From Vicugna vicugna (Eukaryota), in NCBI GenBank assembly GCA_013265495.1, contig MU057487.1:868001-932000 (forward strand): a DNA stretch of 64,000 nt, given 5' to 3'. A program made the position numbers and the translations under genes. The notes beneath the pieces were generated by a model. That model was given only the letters and a program-made list of their open reading frames with translations. It was not told where the DNA came from and did no database searches. Of the stretch, positions 48,267-61,350 are shown piece by piece. Each line of letters opens with the position of its first letter. Within the stretch, counting starts at the first letter, position 1.

Positions 48267-51200
48267 TAGTCGACCCTTAAAAAACACAGATTTGAATTGT
48301 ACAGGTCCACTTATACACACATATTTTTCAATAAATATATTGGAAAAATTTTTGGAGATTTGCAGCAATTTGAAAAACTCACAGATGAACCATGTAACCT
48401 GGAAATTAAAAAAAAGGAAAAGTTAGATATGTCATGAATGCATAAAATACATGCCAATGCTAATCTATTTTATCCTTTACTACCATGAAATGTTACAAAT
48501 CAAAGTTAAAATTTACCAAAATAAACACTTGCAGGTTATGCATGATGCCATTCGCAGTCAAGAGAAATGTAAACAAACATAAAAATGTAGTATTAAATCA
48601 TAATGGCATAAAATTATCTATAGTACATAATAATTTTGCAGCCCCTCCTGTTGCTTTTACAGTGAGTACAAGTGTTATAAGAGTCTGTATAAAATGCCAT
48701 GTGATGCTAATCCTCTCCACCTGAGCAGTAGTCGCTCCAGTAAACTTCATATTGCAGTAAAAAATGATCTCGTGGTTCTTGAGTATTTTTCACTGTGTTC
48801 AGTGCAATACTGTAAACTTTGAATGACACCATAGGACCATATGAAATGTCACTAGTGATGCTGGAAGTGCTCCCAAGAAACAGAGAAAAGTCATGACATT
48901 ACAAGAAAAAGTTGAATTGCTTGATATGTACTGTATTGGGGTCTGCAGCTGTGGTTGCCCACAATTTCAAGGTAAATGAATCCAGCATAAGGACCATTGT
49001 AAGAAAGGAAGAAAGGGGGTGGGGGAGGGAGGGAGGAAAGAAAGGAGAAAAGAAAAAATATGAAGTCATCACTGCTGCTATGTCAGCAAGCATGGAAACT
49101 TTGCGTTTTTTGAGAAATACCTTTTTATCTTGTATTAAAAATGCAGATTTTATATGGGTGCAGTATTGCTGTAAGAAAGGCATACCTGTACACTCTAATA
49201 GGATTCGAGAAAAAGCAGAATCATTATATGACAACTTAAAGCAAAAAGAAGGTGAAGGATCTAAAGCTGGAGAATTTAACGCCAGCAAGGAATGGTTTGA
49301 TAATTTTAGAAAGAGGTTTGGCTCATCAAATGTCAAGATAACAGGAGAAGCAGTTTCTGCCAACTAAGAGGCAGCAGATGAGTTCCAGAAGCCATTAAGA
49401 AAATGAAGAGAAAGGATATCTGCCTGAACAGATTTTGAATGCAGACAAAAGTGCCCTATTCTGGGGAAAAAAATGCCATAAAGGACATTTATTAGCAAGG
49501 AAGAGAAGCGAGCACTGGGATTTAAAGCAGGAAGGGATAGGCTGACTACTGTTTTTTGCAAATGCAGTGGAGTTTATGATCAGGACTGTCCTTATTCATA
49601 AAGCTGCTGACCTTCAAGCCTGAAGGGAAAGGATAAACACCAGCTGCCTGTCTTTAGGTTGTACAACAAGAAAGTCTGGACAATGAGACCCCTTTATCTG
49701 GGTTGGTTCCATCAATGCTTTGTCCCTAAAGTCAGGAAGTACCTTGGAAGTCATTGCCTTTTAATATTCTTTTGGTATTGGACAATGCCCCTTGGCACCC
49801 AGAACCCCATGGGTTCAATTTTGAAGGTGTCCAAGTGGTCTACTTGCCCCCAAATACAGCAACTCTAATTCATTCTCTAGATCAGGGGGTCATAAGAACC
49901 TTTAAGGCTTGTTACACATAGGACTCTGTGGAAAGGACTGTCAGTGCTATGGAAGAGAACCCCAATAGAGAGAACTTCATGAGAGCCTAGAATATTGAAG
50001 AAGCCATCATTGTTATAGAAAAAATCTGTGAAAGCCATGAACAAAGCCAAGCCTGAAACAATGTACTACTGGAGAAACTGCATCCAGATGTCATGCATGA
50101 CTTTATAGGATTTATGACAGAGTCAGTTAAGGACATCATGAACGAGACTGTTGATATGGCAAAAGGTAGTGGGTAAGGTATTTCAAGATAAGAATCTTGG
50201 ACAAATTCTGAAACTAATAGACACCACACCAGAGGAATTAGCAGAAGATGATTTGATGGAGGTGAGTGCTTCCAAACCAGTGCCAGACGATGAGGATGAG
50301 GACATAGAAGAAGCAGTGCCAGTAAACAAACTGACCTTGGACAATCTGGCCACAGGGTTCCAGTTATTCAAGACTGCTTTTGACTTCTTTTACAACACGG
50401 ACCCTTCTATGATATGGGCACTGAAACTCAAGCAAACAGTGGAAGAAAGACTGGAATTATTGGAAAGATAGAAACATTTTTAGAGAAATGGAAAAAGCAA
50501 AAAATCAGACACAAATTATGACGTATCTCCATAAAGTTACATCTAGGGTGCCTGTCTCTCCTGCCTCCCCTCCACTTCCTCCACCTCCTCCACCTTTGCC
50601 TCCCCTGAGATGGCAAGTCCAGCCCCTCCTCTTCCTCCTCCTCAGCCTACTCAATGTGAGGATGGCGAGGATGAGGACCTTTATGATGATCCACCTCCAC
50701 TTAATAAATAGTAAATAATCATCATGCCTTACAGTTGATAAACTTATCTGTTGTGTATGTGTGTAAAAGTCTAACTAGCATATGGCAAGAACAGTATGAG
50801 ACATTTTCGTGTCATCATCATCATCACCTAAATATTCATCCTGCAGAACACCCTGTGGAAGACTTGTATCAAAGTGAATAGCCTATCCTCACATAGACAT
50901 GAAGTGAGTGATATTTAGTATAAAATTAATATGTGTTAGTTTCATTACTGTTTTGTAACTGTGCTTTCAAAGAATTATATTACCATACAGTATGCCTCTC
51001 TCTCTCTTTCTCTCTGGCGATTAAAGAAACTATGTATCAGCCTATCATCACAGGTAAATGGCTTTTTAAAAAATGTAACAGTATTTCCAATACTGTATTA
51101 TAAATATAACTATAATACTATATGGCATGAAAGTTTTATGAGAATTCATTCGTTAGTGTATGGGCTATCATAAAGGGACCCTCTTGCTGCTGCTTCATTA

Positions 51201-51800
51201 TCGATGCATGAAACTGTTATACTTGTAAGTAACCATGAATTTCTTTTTCACATTGTCTTTTCATTTTTTTATGTCTAGTGTTAGTAATTAGTATAACATC
51301 TACAATCTTTTGTATCATATAAGACAATATTGATGTAGATACTGACAGACGATTCATCTTATAAATGGACATAAACTTACAGTATCAATAAATACATTGC
51401 AGTACTGTAAATGTATTTTCTCTTCCTTACAATTTTCTTATTTTTTAATTTTTTGGGGGGGAGGTAATTACATTTATTTATTTAATTTTTTTAATGGCGG
51501 TACTGGGGATTGAACCCAAGACCTTACACATCATGCTAGGCACACACTCTGCCACTGAGCTATACCCTTCCCCTTGAGTTTAACATTTTCTTTTCTCTAG
51601 TCTACTTCATTGTAAGAATACAATTTATAATTCATGTAACATAAAAAATAGGTGTTAATCAACTGTTTATGTTATTGATAACGCTTTTGGACAACAATAA
51701 GCTATAAGCAGTTAAGTTTGTGGGGAGTCAAAAGTTATAGTCAATTTTCAGCTGCACAGGGATTGGCGCCCCTAACCCCTATGTTGTTCAAGGGACAATG
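48267..51800 (+). mobile_element. Full-length Tigger2-family (TcMar/pogo) DNA transposon, long variant, with decayed transposase
   Basis: TIRs tagtcgacccttaaaaaaca / tgttgttcaagggacaatg followed by TA. Transposase remnants span ~48831-50712: KKQRKVMTLQEKVELLDMY (HTH), EFNASKEWFDNFRKRFG (CENP-B-type HTH), and LNADKSALFW, LVLDNAP, LDQGVIRTFK (DDE region), with stops and frameshifts. Confidence 0.88.
51441..51573 (-). mobile_element. Vic-1-type tRNA-derived SINE nested in Tigger2
   Basis: ttttggggggaggtaatt...tggcggtactggggattgaaccc...ccactgagctatacccttcccc; the Tigger2 sequence resumes at taacattttcttttctctag. Confidence 0.85.
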
Positions 51801-52507
51801 TAGTAACATTGGTATTTTAAATTCTCTTCAAGTTAGATAAAATTCAGCTGCAAACATATCTTGCCCTTATAATTAAATTCCATATCTTTAAACATCAATG
51901 ACTTCTGTGAAATTTTTTCTATTGCTGTCATTATTTCTGTTTGATTTCTTTAAACTTTTTTTTCTGTTCTCTTCCTTTCTTGCTATACTTTTTAACTGAT
52001 TATTTCCTGAGCTTTTCTATCTGATTTTTCCAAAGCTCTGGTTATTTTTTTTTTAATTTTTGGTAGCTTACTTTGAATTTTCATACAACATTTTTCTTCT
52101 GCTTAATGCACACATCCCTGGCATGTTCTCATTTTCCATCTGAATGCTATTTGCTTCATTTTCATCTCATTACCTTCAATAATTTATATGGAGTTTTACC
52201 CAACTTTTTAAAAGGTTTGTTTTTAGAACTATTAAGAGGAGTTTCCTATGTTTGACAGACAGCATAGAATATTTTCCCAGCTCTGTGAGTGCAGGACTTT
52301 CTCTCTTGATATAATCATCAAATGTGGCCACAGCTCTGTCTCTCACTGATGAGTCTGGCTTATGAAAGTTTATTGTTTAGGTTGGGTTTCGTTCTTGCCA
52401 CTACACCTCTGTTGCCTAATTTTCTGTAAACCTTGGTTTTCAAGATAGAACTCCCATCTTTCGATATTTTATTTTGCTGCCACAGTACTCTGGATCCTCC
52501 ACCACTA

Positions 52508-53305
52508 TGCACTGTGTTGATGGGGATGTCAGTTGGTACAGTCACTATGGAAAACGTTATGGAGTTTCCTCGAAAAATGAAAAGTTGAACTACTGTATGA
52601 TCCACTAATTTCACTTCTAGATATATAGCCAAAGAAAATGAAATCACTGTCTCAAAGTGATATCTGCACCCCAAAGTTCATGCAGCATTATTCACAATAG
52701 CCAAGATATGGAAACAACCTAAGTGTTCATTGACAGATGGACAGATAAATAGGTAAAGAATAAATAAATGGTTAAATGGATATATAGATAAAAAGATAAA
52801 ATATATATATTACATATATATATGCATAAACTCATTATAAAAAGGAAATCCTGCCATTTGTAAAAACATGAACCCAGAGGACATTATGCTAATTGAAATA
52901 AGTCAGACATAGAAAGACAAATATTGCATGATCTTACTCATATGTGGAATCTAAAACAGTCAAACTGGTAGAAGCAGAGAGTAAAACTGTGGTTACCAGG
53001 GGCTGGGAAGTAGAGGACATGGGGAGAAGTTGGCCAAAAGGACACAAAATTTTAGTTATAAGATGTTTGGAGAAATACAATGTATAGCATGATGACTATA
53101 ATTAATGATATGTGTTGTATACTTTAAATTTGCTACAAGATCTTAAGTGTTTTCACCATCCGCCCCCCAAAAAAAAGATAATTATTTGAGGTGATGGATA
53201 TATTAATTAACTTGATCATGGATCTCATGTATAATATCACATTGTACACGTTAAATACATACAATTTTTATTTGTCTATTATACCTCAATAAATCTGGTA
53301 AAAAA
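52508..53305 (+). mobile_element. L1MA-type 3' end
   Basis: tgcactgtgttgatggggatgtcagttggtacagtcactatggaaaac...gcagcattattcacaatagccaagatatggaaacaacctaagtg...tatacctcaataaa. Confidence 0.85.
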
Positions 53306-56300
53306 TACAGTTATAATGACAGTTCAAAAAATTAAATAATTGCAGTGTATTGTCCGTTTTAGAACCTGCATAGAAGTAAAATGGCTGACAACAGCCACCC
53401 AGAGGACAGGAGGGTGGATGAAAGCACACTGTTATAATGTTCTTAAATAAGACATCAGTTCTAGAATATTATTTGAGTGAAAGCTCCACAAGTTCACAAA
53501 GTATATTGTTAACTGTAAACCTTTAACCAAAAGATAAAATCAAGTTAATAAATCATTAATGAATTGAAAATAAAAAATTAGTTAATAAACCCAAAAGTAA
53601 GTTAGAAAAGAGAACAAAAATAACAAAGAAAAACTGATAAGAACAGAATATAGCAAGCTAATAGATTTAACAAAGTATTTCTAATAAATAAAAAATAATT
53701 ACAGTGCCCAATCTTTAAAATAAAGGAACAACAAAACCAAAATATTTTGTAACAAGATACTATGAATACTGATGTATAAATGCTTGGAGTGACTACACTA
53801 GAAATACATGCTACATTAAACGCTAGCTACAATGTTCATACCGATACTTGAAGTCTCTGAAAACACAGCAGGTACAAATGCAGACTGATTTACAGGTGGT
53901 TTGTAATTGTGACTCAGATATTTTGAATGAGGTTGCTGTTGGTGATACCTTTTCCAAAACAATGAACAACCCGTCTCAAAGATAACAATGTTTAGTCTGC
54001 CCTTATTGTACACAATGGTTCCATTCCTGAAATATTCAGTGAACTGTAGAATTGTGCAAAAAATACTTTGGTTTTATATATCTTACAAAGGTAGGTTTTT
54101 GGGTCACTAGCTTGCATTTAGACTGCATGAATGATGGGCCATTCAAATCATATTTAGGAGATAAGAATTCTTTAATGCATATAACACTTTCAAAAACTGA
54201 GGGTTGTCTAACATTCTTGGTTTTCACCCACTAAATAGCAATAGTTCTCTCCTATTATTGGGACAATCCAAAATGCCCTCCATATTTCCTAAATGTTCTC
54301 TAAAGGGGGCGTTTTCCTCACTGAGATGATCCTCATGTAAAAAAATAGTACAGATTGCTGAGAAGCTGAAGATAATAATGTGTATAGATCACAGTTAATA
54401 AATAACTCTCGTAGAACACATAGCCATATAAATATTCTCCATTGTGTTGACTGAGTTGACCAGGGTACACCTATAAAGTATATCATAGTTCCTACCACCT
54501 CTAGACTGTTTTCTCTGACAAAGTATATGCCTACCATTCAGTTTCCTTCTCCTTGGTTTCCTCCCAAATACTTCAAGGTCAACCCCTCCTTTCTCGGGGC
54601 CTCTTCTAAGAGCAGAGAAAACAGTTTTCCTCTTCTGCGGTCACAGGCCTGCCTCTGAGTCAACAGTAATAATCCCCAGGGCGCAACTCTGGTGATAATG
54701 AAACATCGTCATAAAAGCAATTTAACTCCTCAGTGCTTCCAACACCTCCACTGAAGAATGGGACGCTGGCTTTTCCATTTGCAAAATCAGAGTGTCCACT
54801 AAAGTGTTTTTTGAAATATTATCAAAGGACAGTCATCATTTAAATGGATCAGAAAATTGCTGGCAACTTCAATAAACTCTTAACTGGCTTCTAGAAATGA
54901 AGTTTCCAAAAACGTCACACATTAACTTCCGGTCTCAAGCCCTCTAGTAATATAGACTATTTGCACACATTCCATATATTCTGCATGTGAAATCTTGTAT
55001 GTATTCTGATATGTTAACTGATATTTACCTTGAGTCTCTGTCTCACTTAAAAGCAACCCTTGCATTCACTGACTCTTAGAAAATAGGAAAATGGAGAAGT
55101 GGCAAGAAGAGCCAGGCAGTAATGGACTCTGCCTCCGAAAAGAAACCAGGCACCACCACCCTTAACCTCTGGTTTGGACCATGTCCCGGGTGGAATTATT
55201 TATACCAGATTAATTAAAGTTTTCAGTGACCTTCATGGAACATTTCTGAAATTGACATTATGAAAGAGCTTTATTTCAAGTTGTTGTTATAACATTTTTT
55301 GTCTAATCAATTATAAAACGGATTTTATTGATCTTAATTTAGATAAAATAATTTCCACCCACAGGTGTGTTTCCATGTAGTAATCATTACGTGTTGAAGG
55401 CTTTGTAAGGGCGTAGAACTTTAAGCTAAACATCCTTGTTTTCGTCATGAGCACAGATGGCAGCATCACACACAGTATGATTTGCGTTTGAAGTGAACCT
55501 GTATGATAAACCACTCTACTCTGATAAATCTATACCTTTAAACAATTCTAACTTTGTTCAGATAAGCCAAAGTCCTCTAACACATTTTGTTAATTATAAA
55601 AATTCACTAATCTGTAAATCCCTTTCCCATCTGCTGTATAATATAATGACACTCTTTATTTTCAATGTTTATCAAAATGTTGATTTCGGAATCACCAATT
55701 CAGATACCATATGGATGTCGCTTTCATTCCACTGTAGGTGGTTGATAGATTTAGACAGATACAAAGAAAACTCATAAAAATTACTTTTGCCTTCGTGGAA
55801 AGGATTCCAAATTAATATGTTACATTGTAAAGACTTGGTTAATATTTAAATGGTTAAATAATATAAATCATGATTATAGCTCGTGGGTGAAAATGGGCTA
55901 AGTTGGTTAACATCTTTATAACATTTTATGAGTTTGAAAAGAAAATTTATATGCTGTTTTCACCAGGCAAGATTGGTTTAAACTTGTGAAAATGGCCAAA
56001 ATCATATTAGATACAATCTCACCAGTGCCATTCCATTGACTAATAACATAAAATGAAATTGTTGTTATATATTTTTTTTCTCAAGGAACTTTGAAGTTTT
56101 CATGTATTTCTCCATGAACTCAATCAAATTTTAACTTAGTTGCTTCTGAAGTAGCATGTGCCCAAAGTCTGCATATCTTCCAATAGGATTGTAGAAACAA
56201 CCTTTGGCCAATAATGTTAAAGTCTGTGTAAGGACCTTCATTCCCACAACACATCATCCGAAGTCATTAAACTTTTAAAGTCACAGTCTATGAAAATAGT

Positions 56301-57545
56301 TTTTAGAACAGTCAACTTGAATTTGAGATGCTTTCCAATTTATTATTCATACAGGCATTATGTTTACTCTTCCTTTTCCATTTATTAACATTTAAGTCAT
56401 CTTTGGTTCCATAAAGACAAGAAGAAAGCAGGAGAAAATCCAAAGAATTTCATTTGGGGTTTGCAGATATGATTAAAACATTTCCTGAAGTGAAGTGGAA
56501 ACTCCTTAGGAGATGCTCCTGTAACATATGCACATTTCAGTAACTCTTGGCCTTCAGTACCCCAGATTCTTCAAATTTGGCTGAAAGGCTTCATTTTTTA
56601 AGTTGTGTCATTACTCTTGAACTAGTTTGTCATGTTAGGACATTTATAATGCTTTATGTAAAGACTTCATTTCTCTGTTATCTAATGGCTTTGAGTGCCA
56701 GGACTACCTCATAACTGGCATATGTTATGCATCTTAATTACCCACAGATCATGGCAGAAAACTACACAGAAGTAGGCTCTCCATAGGTTGTAGGTGAATA
56801 AACTACACTGTTTGCATTATTTGAGTTATTAGGCTGATGCTAAAATGGGCCTGTATCAATGCTTATGATCATTTTCAAAAATGCATCAGATTGGCCTTCA
56901 AGTGAAAATATTGAAAAATACAGTTTATAGAGCTTAAAAAGGATTTACACCACTGAGAGACTGTGATAACACCAGATGGCAGGTTGTCAACAATGGTATT
57001 TTGCAACGTTCACAGAAGACAGCTTCATTTTCCAAACAGGGTCTTAATTTATACACCACTCAAGCAACCAGGGAGTTTATATTCACACAACTAGTGTATA
57101 CATGTTCCAGAGTTACTACACTATATATCTTTTACTAATGTCTTTGGCCAGAAGGGCATCTTTTTAGTTGATTTTTGCCTCTTTTCCTCCACACAATTCC
57201 CATATACCATTGTGGATCAGAGAATAAACAATAAACATTAATTCAGAAGGGGGAAGAACAGGAGACAAATCCATCACTGCTTCATAGCAATTCTGAAATC
57301 CCTCAGGGCAGACGTCGTGAAGGCCCCCACCACGACCTGGGGAAGGTCCTTCATCAGGTTTGATTCTTCACTCTAGAAAGACCTTTCTGCTCAGTTGAGC
57401 TCCATGGCCCCTGCTTCCATGAAACTTCTTCTTGTCTGTTATACTCTTTGGCCACATCTGAAGTGGTTTGAAGCATGTCCTTCTCGGAAGTTGATCAATG
57501 TTTGGTTCCTCAAAATTCACATAGATATGTTGTATGTAGATATAA

Positions 57546-57547
<2 letters not shown>

Positions 57548-57574
<27 letters not shown>
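57548..57574. repeat. (TAA)9 microsatellite
   Basis: Direct reading; it produces the poly-Leu in the minus-strand ORF 57368-57631. Confidence 0.92.
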
Positions 57575-57576
<2 letters not shown>

Positions 57577-59799
57577 GAATAATTGTGGCCATAATAAAAA
57601 TAGCAAAGATACTTAAAATAAGGAATCGCAATAGTTTACATACTTATCTTCCCAGAAGTCTGTAGATACTGTAATGTACATTTCACTGCTTGTTTCTGCC
57701 TGCCCTGAATCCCTGACACCTGTGTGTTTTTTATTTGTTTGTTTGTTTGTTTAGTACCAACAAAAGAGCCAAATCTGAGTCATTATGAGCATCTCCAAAT
57801 GACCGTCCATTACATTAGCATCTGCCAGCTCACTTACTGTCCTTTCTGGTCTGGGTTTTCAAATCTATGAGCTCAAATATCTCTCCAATGACTTTTTTTT
57901 CTTAAATTAGCCAGAGTTTGTTTTTGTTATATATAACCAAAGAATCATAACTCATACACTCAAAGCTCATTTTGGGTTCTCCTCTATGAATCAGTTGGAT
58001 TCTGAAATTTTGAAGAGACACATTAGAAGTTCTCAACAACAATTGACCTACATTCCAGAGCAAGAGTTCTTACCTTGGGGGCTTTAGGTGACCCCTGAGC
58101 CTACTGCAATTGTATATATTTTCTTTTGACGAAATCTATAGCTTCCATCAGATTATTAAAGAAGTCTGTAACCTGTAAAATTCTAACTACTGCTCTAGGA
58201 ATTTATTTTCAGTTTCAATTAGCATAAGGGATAGTAAAATATTTAAATATTTTCTTCTACTGCAAATTATGTTTTCTTTTTCACTGAAGAATGGCTTAAC
58301 AGCCAGTCAACTTAGAGACATTTACTTGGAAATAAAGCTATTCCATATGAGAATGTATCTGCAAAAGTTACTATGAAATTGACTTCCCTGGAGGTTCTTA
58401 AATATAGTATGAATTGTTTAATTTAAATTTGTCTTCCTTAAAAAGGTTGAGTTGGACACCTTGTGAATTTTTTACCCTTTTGAAACCCCTATGTTTTTAA
58501 TATTCTGTTTTTGGAGAGAAAAAAAGAATGGCATCTAAATACAAAATACTGTATGGTGTCAGAGCTCTTGGCCAACAGTTATTAAGAAGATAAGAGCAAA
58601 GAGATTTAACGGAAAGGTGTTCAACCGAGAAGTAGATGTGGAGACTCTTTCTGCAGTAGAACTGTCATGTGGGAGGATCAAGAACTGGGTTGTGTACAGA
58701 CTCGTTGGCAGGAGCTAATGCACTCATCCAAATGTTGCACTTGAAAATGTCAACATGATTTTTTTTTCCAGCAAACAGATCTCTTTATTTTCATAAAAGT
58801 ATTAAACAGATTCAAAAACAATGACACGAAAAATAAGAAGGTTTCAATTAGAGGGAAAAACAGAGTGCTGATTCAGACATGCAGCTTTGTGGGCTTTGGT
58901 GTTATTGCAGATCTGGTGGGATAATTAATTGAAAGGTGTTGCATCTCCAGGCAGCTCTCAGTAGAACTCAGCATCTATCTCAGGGTGCACAGCTGTCCTG
59001 TTCCACTCGTTAAAGACAGAGCACCAAGAAAGCTGCATGTAATTTCCACTGCCAAGGGAATTTGGAAGATCAGTATACTTATTCAAATTGGAATTTAGCC
59101 CAGACTCTATTTCTGTCAAAGGAAAAAAGTTTAAGCATTTTAACAAAGCACAAGAACATTGGATAGTTGGAGAAATGGCACTCATTTTCCAAGTTCTGAA
59201 ATTTCTGTTCAATTCTGCATAAAGGTGCAAGAGCTGCTCTTGATATGTCATATCTCTTTATTTAAATAAGCAGTTGCTTATCTATTTGTGTTTTTTCCTT
59301 TAAATACCTATTTGATAGACCTGGTCCTTCTGGTCTTGTCCTTACTCTTCCCAACTAAGCAGACCCATAAAATCTGGAGAGGATGCCGGGGACAACCAAA
59401 GGAGATCTCTGGAGAGTCGTAAGAGGGTGAGCTGGTTGGGGACCCCAGGACGGAAGGTGCAGCACAGCACTGTCTTTCTTCCCCACACACAAAAAGGAAG
59501 ACTACTCAAACCCAGTTTTCTCATCACCAAACTAGCAAAAGAAGACAATCAATGTATTTTTCTCTGGTTAGAATGGGAATTCTTCTGACAGCATCACATA
59601 AGCTGACACCACAGGCAAGGAGGTTCAAATGGGCTCCTCATTACAAATAAGCAGCTAGAGGCAGCAATACACTTCTTTGCCAGGCTGGCAACTCCCCTTT
59701 TTCACTGAGATACTGAGGCAGGTTAGGGGATATGACAGCTGGTACCTGATCAAGGAAGCATCTTTGTCCCCAGGGGCCCAAGATTCCCTAGGGCATAAG

Positions 59800-61350
59800 C
59801 CCTAGAGTAACCAAAACAATATTGACAAAGGAGGAACTACCCTACCCAATATTAAGACTAACTATCTAGCTATTATTATTAAAACAAAGTGATATTGGCA
59901 GCATGATAGATAATAGATCAATGGAACAGAGTAGAAAACCCAGAAATAGATCCACACAAATATGCCTAATTTTTGACCAAGATGAAAAACCCCTTCAATG
60001 GAAGAAAGAAAGATAACCTTACAACAAATAGTACCAGGGCAGCTGCACATCATAGTCACAAAAAAAAATTAGATAAATAAAAAGAAAGAAAAGAAAGAAA
60101 GAAAAAGATAAAAGAAAAGAAAAAATAAAAGAACATCAACCTAGATCGATCACCTCAAACAAACTTTAATTCAAAATGGATCACAGATTTAAAGTGGATA
60201 TATGAAACTATAAAACTTCTAGAAAAAATATAAAATAAAATCTTTGAGGTCTTCGGCAAAGAGTTCTTACATCTGACATCAAAATCACAATCCATAAAAG
60301 GAAAACATTGATAAATTGGGCCTCATCAAAATTAAATACTTGCTCTGAAAAGCATCATATGAAGAGAATAAAAAGCAGACCATGCACTGGGATTAAATAT
60401 CTACATACCACATATCTGACAAAGAACTAGTATTTGAAATATTTTAATTATTCTCAAAACTCAACAGCAAACAATTAGAAAATGGGCAAATGACATGAAG
60501 ACGGATGATCAAAGAGGACAGAGAGAGAGCAAATAAACACAACAAAAGTTGTTCAGCATCATTAACAACCAGGGAAACGTGAATTAAAACCAAAATACAA
60601 TATCACCGCATAGTTTATCAGAATGGTCAAAATAAAAAATATTGACAGCACAAATGCCAGTGAAAGTAAGAAGAAACTAGATCACTCATATACTGCTGGC
60701 AGTAATATAAAATGGTACAGCCACTCTGGCAAACAGTTTGCCAGTTCCTCAAAATAAATAAACATGCAACTACCATATGACGCAGCAATTGAATTCTTGG
60801 GCATTTATCCCAGGAAACGGAAACTTACGTTCACCCAAACACTTGTGCTTGAATATTCATAGCAGCTTTACTCACAGTAGCCAAAAATTACAGTCAGTCC
60901 AAATGTACTTCTACAGGTGAATGATCAAACAAGTGCTGGTAGACATATACCATGGAATGTACTGCTCAGCGACAGAAAAGAACGAGCAACATACCATGAC
61001 TTGGATAAACTTCCAGGGAATTATATTGAGTGAAAAATGCCAACCCCATACGTACTTGTATGGTTTCATTTATATAACATTGTAGAAATGGCAATATTTT
61101 AGAAACGGAGGACAAATTCATGGTTGCCAGCTTTTGGAAAGGGGAGCCTGGTTTCATTTCAAAAGGACAACATCAGGTCTCCCCATGGTGTTGAAAGTAC
61201 CCAGCATCTTGACTGTTATAGCACAAAACTACACGGGTGATAAAATTGTATACAACCAAATATACACACAGAAATGAGTACAATTAAAACTAGAGAAATC
61301 TAAGTAAGATCGGTGACTATCAAGGTCAATACCCTAAATGGGACATTACA
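59800..61350 (+). mobile_element. Old L1 (L1MC/MB-type) distal ORF2 and 3'UTR, with an A/G-rich simple repeat at ~60060-60131
   Basis: atagatcaatggaacagagtagaaaacccagaaatagatccacac...actctggcaaacagtttgccagttcct...ttccagggaattatattgagtgaaaaatgcc. Confidence 0.8.

Noticed and set aside
48831..50712. Possible domesticated TIGD/CENP-B-like gene
   Set aside because: Multiple stops and frameshifts within intact TIRs show a decayed Tigger2 transposase.
57368..57631. Minus-strand ORF with a hydrophobic, signal-peptide-like N-terminus
   Set aside because: The poly-Leu comes from the (TAA)9 microsatellite.
53800..59800. Largely unique sequence downstream of ADGB as a possible further gene or ncRNA
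   Set aside because: I found no coherent exon chain, protein similarity or CpG island by eye. Regulatory elements cannot be excluded without conservation data.
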